Of a DNA stretch of 64,000 nt, positions 57,682 through 64,000 are shown piece by piece. Location of the stretch: assembly GCA_038154685.1 (NCBI GenBank), contig JAYPYW010000001.1, positions 36,761-100,760 on the forward strand. The letters run 5' to 3'. The stretch is from Flavobacteriales bacterium (GTDB taxonomy: Bacteria > Bacteroidota > Bacteroidia > Flavobacteriales_C > GCA-002722245). The translations under genes and the position numbers were made by a program. The first letter of the stretch is position 1. The number at the start of each line of letters is the position of its first letter. The notes beneath the pieces are model-generated. The model was not told the DNA's origin, made no database searches, and worked only from the letters and a program-made list of their open reading frames with translations.

Positions 57682-58335
57682 ATGAATTGTTTGCCCACCC
57701 AAAGGCTTCATCGTAATATTGCGATATATTTTTTTACCATGGCATTACAAACCACAATTGAGAAAGCATTAACCGAATTTGATTTAATTCCGGATGAAAG
57801 AAAGGCAGATTTACAGAAATTAAGTGATTTTGTTAAAGACAGGAATGGAATGGCAGATTTGATTTTCATTTGCACTCATAATTCAAGAAGAAGTCACTTA
57901 TCTCAGGTTTGGGCACAAGTTGCTGCTCATCATTATGGTTTGTTTGGCGTTACTTGTTATTCAGGAGGAACTGAAGCAACTGCGTTTTTCCCTTCTGCAA
58001 TCGAAGCTTTAAAACATCATGGTATAAATATCAAAGCACTATCAGCTGAGCCCAATCCAGTTTATGCTGTTAAATACGACGAAGATGTTCATCCAATTAT
58101 TTGTTTCTCGAAAACTTATGATGATTCGTTTAACGCACAAAATGATTTTGCAGCGGTAATGACCTGTGATCACGCCGATCAAAACTGCCCTTTTATCCCA
58201 ACAGCTGGTGCTAGAATTCCAGTTAGATACGAAGACCCAAAAGTTGCCGACGGTACTCCTGGACAATTAGATAAATACATCGAAAGAAGCGCGCAAATCT
58301 GCAGAGAGATGCTGTATGCGTTTTCTCTAATTTAA
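57682..58335 (+). CDS. arsC: Low-molecular-weight phosphotyrosine phosphatase family protein, ArsC-like (thioredoxin-coupled arsenate reductase type); true start probably at an internal Met
   Basis: CX5R P-loop CTHNSRRS, plus two downstream cysteines spaced C-x7-C (TCDHADQNCP), consistent with the Cys10/Cys82/Cys89 relay of Bacillus-type ArsC. Confidence 0.65.
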   Translation: MNCLPTQRLHRNIAIYFFTMALQTTIEKALTEFDLIPDERKADLQKLSDFVKDRNGMADLIFICTHNSRRSHLSQVWAQVAAHHYGLFGVTCYSGGTEATAFFPSAIEALKHHGINIKALSAEPNPVYAVKYDEDVHPIICFSKTYDDSFNAQNDFAAVMTCDHADQNCPFIPTAGARIPVRYEDPKVADGTPGQLDKYIERSAQICREMLYAFSLI

Positions 58336-58491
58336 TATTTCGATAACTCTTTTGATTAATAATTCTCCCTCAGATATTTCTATTCCTTGGATTTTAATCT
58401 GAGAAATCTGAGGGCAAATAATCGTCATCTTGTCAATAAAAAATTTTCGAGATCAATCAGATCAGCAAACGAAAAATTTATCTTTATGTGA

Positions 58492-60663
58492 ATGTCGCAA
58501 GAGATAAAACGTAGCCACGAATTCGACTTAGCTTTTAAGTTTATTACCCAAACCAATAAGAATGTATTTCTTACTGGAAAAGCAGGTACTGGTAAGACTA
58601 CGTTTTTAAAATATCTTAAGGCAAATACCCACAAAAACATTGTGACTGCTGCACCAACTGGGGTGGCAGCAATTAATGCTGGTGGTGTTACTTTGCATTC
58701 GTTATTCCAATTACCGTTTGCGCCATACGCACCAACCGAAGACCCTAATCAGAATACACTCTCAAAACATCCTTTACTTTCACAAATAAAACTCAACGCT
58801 CAAAAAAGGAAGGTCCTGAGTAACATGGATCTGCTAGTGATTGATGAAGTTAGTATGGTTGCATCCAATACACTAGATGCAATTGATATTATTTTGAAAA
58901 GTGTTCGGAAGAACTTCGATTATCCATTTGGTGGGGTGCAAGTTCTTTTCATTGGGGACTTAAGACAATTACCTCCTGTGATTAAGAATCTCTCTCCTGA
59001 GGTTTTTCAAAGGATTTACAGATCCTACTTCTTTTTTGACAGCCTAATTCTTCAACAGTATCCGCCTGTCATGGTCGAACTGAAAAAGGTTTACCGACAG
59101 GACGATGATGTTTTTGTTGATATTCTTAATGCTGTTAGGGAGAATAGCTTGAACCCAGATCATTTGGGAATTCTTAATGCTAGGTTAAATCCTAGTTTCA
59201 ATCCAAAAAATGATGATGGATATATCACCTTAACTACCCATAATTCTCAAGCTGACGAGATTAACCAAACTCAAATAAATCAGCTTAAACAAGAAGAATT
59301 CGTTTTTAAGGCGACGATAAAGGATGATTTCCCAGAATCCATGTACCCTGCAGAGGAAAGTTTGGTGCTTAAAAAAGGAGCCCAAGTAATGTTCCTGAAA
59401 AACGATACGGAAGAAAAAAAGTATTTCAACGGTAAAATTGGGATCATTGATTACTTAACCGACAATGAAATATTTGTCAAATGTGAAGGTGATGAAGGGT
59501 TAATTGAAGTCAAGAAAGAAAAGTGGGAAAACGTACATTATAAAATAGACGCTTCTACAAGAGATGTTGAGCAAGAAGTACTTGGTTCTTTCGTTCAATT
59601 CCCATTAAGGTTAGCATGGGCAATCACTATTCATAAAAGCCAGGGACTAACCTTCGACAAACTAATTGTTGATGCTCAAAAAGCTTTTGCGAACGGACAA
59701 GTTTACGTGGCTTTATCTCGAGTAAGGTCATTGGACGGCTTAGTACTTACTAGTCAAATATCAAAGCAATTTCTAGGCGCAAGTCATAACTTACAACATT
59801 GGGAAGCACATCATAATAAACCGGAAAAACTTCCAGCATTATTGGAAGATTCGAAAGTAGATTGTATTAGGACCGAATGTTTATTGATCTTCGATTGGAG
59901 TAATCCGGTAAAATTAGTTTCAGAAATAAACGGAGCTTCCAATGGAAATAAAGATAAACTAGATCCAGAAATACCAAATTGGACTTTAGCTTTACTAAAT
60001 AAAGTTATCGAATTAAACTCCGTAGCGAAGAAGTTTCAAGTTAGTATTTTCAAACTAACCTCTGATCCAGAATTTAAAGCCAATCAAGTTCAATTCCAAC
60101 AAAGATTAAAAGATGCAGCCACTTATTTCTTACCTAAAATTGAAATGGTAAAGGAAATGGTTTTACAACATCCAATTACATGCAAAACAAAGAAGTTAGC
60201 TGAGTTGTTTGATGAACCATTTGGTGAATTTGCTTCCTTCTTACACGACATTGTGCACCAAATGAAATATTTGGAGAAAGGTGAATTCGATTTAGAAGTC
60301 TACTTAAAAGATTATCGAGTAAACAAAACACCGGAATTAAAGATTAAGAAGAGTTACGTTGCTAAAAAGTCTAAATCCCAATCACTAGTTTCTGCAGCCG
60401 AAATTGAGCACATCAATCTTTACCAGCAAATAGCATTATACAGAAAAGGACAATCCGAGAAAAAGAAAACACCTATCTACAAGATATTCTCCAATAAAGC
60501 CGTTAAAGAAATGTGCGAGTTCCTACCAAAAACGGAAGAAGCATTATTGATGGTAAATGGAATGGGGCCTAAAACAGTAGAGCAATATGGCGAAGACCTA
60601 ATCATGATAATCAAGCAATATTGCGAAGACAACAAGATTCAACCTAAGAGTTTGTTTGGATGA
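58492..60663 (+). CDS. PIF1/RecD-like superfamily-1 DNA helicase with C-terminal HRDC-like domain
   Basis: Walker A LTGKAGTGKTT, DEVSM (Walker B) and ITIHKSQGLTFD (motif VI region). The C-terminal IYKIFSNKAVKEMCEFLPKTEEALLMVNGMGPKTVEQYG resembles HRDC. Confidence 0.8.
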   Translation: MSQEIKRSHEFDLAFKFITQTNKNVFLTGKAGTGKTTFLKYLKANTHKNIVTAAPTGVAAINAGGVTLHSLFQLPFAPYAPTEDPNQNTLSKHPLLSQIKLNAQKRKVLSNMDLLVIDEVSMVASNTLDAIDIILKSVRKNFDYPFGGVQVLFIGDLRQLPPVIKNLSPEVFQRIYRSYFFFDSLILQQYPPVMVELKKVYRQDDDVFVDILNAVRENSLNPDHLGILNARLNPSFNPKNDDGYITLTTHNSQADEINQTQINQLKQEEFVFKATIKDDFPESMYPAEESLVLKKGAQVMFLKNDTEEKKYFNGKIGIIDYLTDNEIFVKCEGDEGLIEVKKEKWENVHYKIDASTRDVEQEVLGSFVQFPLRLAWAITIHKSQGLTFDKLIVDAQKAFANGQVYVALSRVRSLDGLVLTSQISKQFLGASHNLQHWEAHHNKPEKLPALLEDSKVDCIRTECLLIFDWSNPVKLVSEINGASNGNKDKLDPEIPNWTLALLNKVIELNSVAKKFQVSIFKLTSDPEFKANQVQFQQRLKDAATYFLPKIEMVKEMVLQHPITCKTKKLAELFDEPFGEFASFLHDIVHQMKYLEKGEFDLEVYLKDYRVNKTPELKIKKSYVAKKSKSQSLVSAAEIEHINLYQQIALYRKGQSEKKKTPIYKIFSNKAVKEMCEFLPKTEEALLMVNGMGPKTVEQYGEDLIMIIKQYCEDNKIQPKSLFG

Positions 60664-61778
60664 TAAAGTCTAGCGACAAATATTATTTACCCAATCTACA
60701 TGGGTTAAGATTTATTGCCGCCTTTTTAATCATTATTCAACACATCGAACAAGTTAAATACTTGTTTGGCATTAGTTCCAACTGGATCGAATATTCTTTT
60801 TTACCTCAAATTGGAGAGCTTGCAGTGGTTTTCTTTTTTGTGCTTAGTGGGTTTCTTATCACTCACTTATTAATCAAAGAAGAAAAAGAAAACGGAGTCA
60901 TAGGTATTAAAAAGTTTTACATCAGACGTTTTTTAAGGATAGCTCCGCTATACTTTCTAATTGTTGCCATTGCTTTTACTGTTCTTTTATATTTTAATAT
61001 TTTCCATATACCTGGCTCCTCTCCGGATTCTACATCAAACAATCTCTGGGGAAAGTTATTATTTTACGCATTGTTTTTATCTAATGCAGTAATGCCAGTT
61101 TTTGGAGTTGTTCCTTATGCCGCGCCTACATGGTCTATTGGAACTGAGGAGCAGTTTTACTTAATATGGCCAGTACTCATTAAGAGAATAAGAAGGCGGC
61201 GAATTCAACTAATATCGTCAGTAATAGGTGTTTATATTCTTATTAAACTTTTGTTGTACTCGCCTCTATTTACCGAATCGGAATGGGTGAATAAAACATT
61301 AAATATTTGGAATGCATTTAAAATTGATTGCTTAGGAATTGGAGCTTTAGTTGCTGTTTTATTGGCGGAAAACAAACAATTAATCAAACGTTTTTTAAAT
61401 ATAAAACTGTTCTATTTAACTGCCTTCCTCATTCCTGTTTTAGTTCTTTCTGGTTTTGAGATCCCTTATTTAAATCAGGACTTTTACAGTATTCTGTTCA
61501 CTGTTATAATCCTCAACCTTGCCCTAAACAACGGCATAAAAATTTCACTAGAAAATAAGATCTTAAATTACCTAGGAAAGATCTCTTATGGATTGTACCT
61601 ATACCATATGATTGCTGTAGTATTTACCATTAAACTTTGTTTAGCTTTTGAAATTTATTCGAGTTGGGTTATTTATCCTCTATCCATTTTAATGTCTATT
61701 TTGGTTTCAAGTATATCTTTCGAATATTTTGAGGGTCATTTTTTAGGCCTCAAAAAGAAATTTGATTTTAGAGAATAA
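60660..61778 (+). CDS. Acyltransferase family 3 (OafA-like) polytopic membrane protein
   Basis: About 10 TM helices and an N-terminal LHGLRFIAAFLIIIQH pattern typical of acyltransferase_3. 4-nt overlap with the helicase gene. Confidence 0.8.
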   Translation: MIKSSDKYYLPNLHGLRFIAAFLIIIQHIEQVKYLFGISSNWIEYSFLPQIGELAVVFFFVLSGFLITHLLIKEEKENGVIGIKKFYIRRFLRIAPLYFLIVAIAFTVLLYFNIFHIPGSSPDSTSNNLWGKLLFYALFLSNAVMPVFGVVPYAAPTWSIGTEEQFYLIWPVLIKRIRRRRIQLISSVIGVYILIKLLLYSPLFTESEWVNKTLNIWNAFKIDCLGIGALVAVLLAENKQLIKRFLNIKLFYLTAFLIPVLVLSGFEIPYLNQDFYSILFTVIILNLALNNGIKISLENKILNYLGKISYGLYLYHMIAVVFTIKLCLAFEIYSSWVIYPLSILMSILVSSISFEYFEGHFLGLKKKFDFRE

Positions 61779-61809
61779 CAAAAAAGCCACACCAAAGTTG
61801 GAATGTTAA

Positions 61810-62691
61810 TTATTTAAAACAATCTTCATCAATATCAATAACAAATGTTTTTGAAGTTCCCATTGGACAACCTTCACCTTCGAATCCAATTTCAATTGTG
61901 TATGATTCTGCATGTTTAGGATCCCAATCAAATCCTTTATGACCACTAGCAACTAATTCTCCATCTACCTTCATATATGCATTATCAACGTTAGTCATAA
62001 AAGTGAAACTGTTACAAGAATGCTGAGTTTTCTCAACAGCAAAGCTTTCGCAATCAACCTCTTCATCTTTCTTAAAACACTCCTCATCAACATCGATTAC
62101 AAAAGTTCTTGATGTTCCACCTGGACAACCTTCACTTTCATGGGCAATTTTTACTTCATATCTACCTGGTTCTTTAGGATCCCAGTCATATGCCTTATTA
62201 CCACTAGCGACTAACTCTCCATCAACATACATTGCTGTAGCCTCGGAATTTGCCGTAAAAGTATAACTACTACATGAATGTTCTGTTTTCTCAACAGCAA
62301 AGCTTTCGCACTCAACCTCTACATCCTTTTTAAAACACTCCTCATCTACATCAACATCAAAACCAACAGTCACTGGCTCATCGCATAAATCACTTTTATA
62401 TACAGCTTCAACAGTATAATTCCCTGCTTCAGTTGGATTAAACTCAAAAGCACTAGAATCATTACCAAAATGCACTGGAGTAGGATTTGGATGTGTATAT
62501 ACATACCAATCTGGGTTAGGATCTACTTTACTTACGTTGGATGTAAATGTATAACTGCTGCATGAATTTTCAGTTCTTTCAACTCCAAACTCTTCACAGT
62601 CAGTAATGTGATCTGTAGTTACTTCTTTTTCACATGCAGCAAAGGAAGCTGCGAATAACACTAGTAAACTTGTTTTTTTTAAAAAATTCAT
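61810..62691 (-). CDS. Lipoprotein composed of three tandem about 86-aa Cys4 repeats
   Basis: Lipobox LFAASFAACEK. Repeats begin with CE(E/S)F(G/A)VE(R/K)TE(N/H)SC.SYTFT and end with GCPGGTS.TFVIDVDEECFKKD. Confidence 0.6.
   Translation of the reverse strand: MNFLKKTSLLVLFAASFAACEKEVTTDHITDCEEFGVERTENSCSSYTFTSNVSKVDPNPDWYVYTHPNPTPVHFGNDSSAFEFNPTEAGNYTVEAVYKSDLCDEPVTVGFDVDVDEECFKKDVEVECESFAVEKTEHSCSSYTFTANSEATAMYVDGELVASGNKAYDWDPKEPGRYEVKIAHESEGCPGGTSRTFVIDVDEECFKKDEEVDCESFAVEKTQHSCNSFTFMTNVDNAYMKVDGELVASGHKGFDWDPKHAESYTIEIGFEGEGCPMGTSKTFVIDIDEDCFK
61813..62598. repeat. Tandem about 260-bp intragenic DNA repeats (three copies; the two distal copies are near-identical over stretches)
   Basis: For example, 62026-62100 and 62288-62364 share TTCTCAACAGCAAAGCTTTCGCA.TCAACCTCT.CATC.TT..TAAAACACTCCTCATC.ACATC. 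Confidence 0.6.
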
Positions 62692-62786
62692 AATTCTTAG
62701 TTTAAGTTCTTAATAACCTCAATAGCGAGGGGTTTTGTAATAAGAGAAACTACCTTAAAAAAGGTTGGGTGAAGAATGAAAAAAAA

Positions 62787-63917
62787 TTAAAATTTATAAA
62801 AAAATCCGCTGTAAACCCTAATAGAATAAGGGTTAAATTGAAATTCAGAATTTTTAGAAAATCCGCTAGTTTGATAATTTAAACTCGGTAATAAAGTAAT
62901 TCCTAGTCCATTTATTAAGTCAATTTGTGTACCTAAACCGAAAGAACTAGAAAAGTTTAAACTCGCAATTTGAGCATGATTTTCCGTTGTAGCTGTTTCT
63001 GATAAAAAGGTTATAGATACTTCCGAAGAAGAATTAGTCATGATATTAAATTCGCCTCCTAATTTAATTAATGGTTTTATCCATTTATTACCCGGCACCC
63101 ATTTAACATCAAATGGAATATTAATCGAAGTATAGACTAACTTTTCATTGTAGGTTATCTCTTTATTAAACAAGAACTCATTTAAATCAGTTCCCTCAGG
63201 AGCCATTTTAATTTCAATTAAGTCTGGGCTTTGGGTATTTCCAAATAGTCCGTTTATTTCAACTATGCCAGATGGATAGCTGGCCTTTATTACAGGTAAG
63301 TTATTTATACCATCCACTGTTTTTTCATAATCATAGTTGAATTTACTTGCACTAAATCCAAATCCAATTTGGAATTGGTTTTTGATTGTATAACTGGCTC
63401 CGATTTCAAATAACCAAGTGAAATTGGAAGTTAAAAGAGAATCGAAGAAATGATTATTAGAACCGTTTTTGGTAACCCTTTGATATTGATACTCAGGAAC
63501 AGCATAAGCTGTTATCATCCATTTTCTAGTCGAATCATTCTTCAATTTTTTCTTTTGTTCCCTTTCGCTTGGTTTTACTTTACTAGTATCGGAAATAACA
63601 GCCAAATTAGAATCTAATGTAGTATCAGGTGAGTTAAAATTATTAGTATCAAGAATTGAACTATTCAATGCTAATGTAGAGTCTTGAGTAGAATTTAAAC
63701 TATCTGTATTGATCTCTGAACTTGTATTTAATGAACTTGATGTCTCTCCTTTATTATCTAGATTTTGAACCGTTGTTCTCAATGGTTTACTCGTAACAAG
63801 TTCATCCGACTTATTTTCTAAAGATGCTTTTAATGAATCCGATGAAGGTTGAGTTTTTTGAATGCCATTTTGAACTAATTCAGCACCTTTTTCTGAGGTA
63901 GATTTTTTAGTACCCAA
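62787..63917 (-). CDS. Hypothetical protein: Ser/Thr/Asn-rich disordered N-terminal about 120 aa plus beta-rich C-terminal domain ending in Phe (possible outer-membrane beta-barrel)
   Basis: Low-complexity S/T/N/D region. The C-terminal half has alternating hydrophobic residues and a terminal ...SGFFYKF. No clear signal peptide at the listed start, so the start is uncertain. Confidence 0.35.
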   Translation of the reverse strand: MGTKKSTSEKGAELVQNGIQKTQPSSDSLKASLENKSDELVTSKPLRTTVQNLDNKGETSSSLNTSSEINTDSLNSTQDSTLALNSSILDTNNFNSPDTTLDSNLAVISDTSKVKPSEREQKKKLKNDSTRKWMITAYAVPEYQYQRVTKNGSNNHFFDSLLTSNFTWLFEIGASYTIKNQFQIGFGFSASKFNYDYEKTVDGINNLPVIKASYPSGIVEINGLFGNTQSPDLIEIKMAPEGTDLNEFLFNKEITYNEKLVYTSINIPFDVKWVPGNKWIKPLIKLGGEFNIMTNSSSEVSITFLSETATTENHAQIASLNFSSSFGLGTQIDLINGLGITLLPSLNYQTSGFSKNSEFQFNPYSIRVYSGFFYKF

Positions 63918-64000
63918 ATCAATTAAATCTGTTTCAGAATCTTGACCTTTAAGATTTTGACTAACTGATTTTCTATTAATTAATTTTTGTCTGGTTCCTA

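Noticed and set aside
58367-58414. Bulged hairpin CCCTCAGATATTTC...GAAATCTGAGGG between arsC-like and helicase genes
   Set aside because: It is a real inverted repeat, but there is no U-tract and no assignable function. It could be a weak terminator or could arise by chance. Not reported as a feature.
1-64000. Search for CRISPR arrays, tRNA/rRNA genes, IS elements, integrases, phage genes
   Set aside because: None found. There are no regularly spaced direct repeats, no cloverleaf-compatible conserved tRNA boxes in intergenic gaps, and no transposase, recombinase or phage structural motifs in any ORF. The region appears to be stable chromosomal backbone with small accessory pockets.

Overview
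AT-rich (about 35% GC) chromosomal segment that looks Bacteroidota, probably a gliding flavobacterium: it carries a GldH-like lipoprotein, two proteins with type IX secretion C-terminal sorting domains, and Bacteroidota-style leaderless, low-SD gene starts. About 55 protein-coding genes are tightly packed on both strands. No rRNA, tRNA, CRISPR array, transposase or integrase was seen.

Housekeeping content: citrate synthase (3' part), an argG-argC-argD block, PBP1A, a complete sufA-B-C-D-S-E-T operon, bioD, dihydroorotase, Sua5, glutathione peroxidase, a PIF1-like helicase and an OafA-type acyltransferase.

More interesting content:
- a six-gene membrane-associated MoxR AAA+ / DUF58 cluster with DUF4350, DUF4129, a double-length SpoIIM-like protein and an RDD protein; the cluster recurs in genomes but has no known function
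- two very large paralogous sensors with a periplasmic beta-propeller plus Y_Y_Y domain, one with a PP2C (SpoIIE) phosphatase output and one with a class III adenylate cyclase plus HD phosphohydrolase output
- an ArsR-ArsI (C-As lyase family) pair with a 20-bp perfect palindrome on the arsR start
- a CarH/LitR-type B12-binding MerR regulator co-transcribed with two NAPE-PLD-like metallo-beta-lactamase hydrolases
- a translationally coupled VWA plus ChlI-like AAA+ ATPase pair
- two T9SS cargo proteins sharing a conserved pre-CTD domain
- a lipoprotein built from three tandem Cys4 repeats that are nearly identical at the DNA level
- several palindromic candidate operators, rho-independent terminators and one about 140-nt structured intergenic element

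All family names rest on motif recognition by eye; no searches were run.
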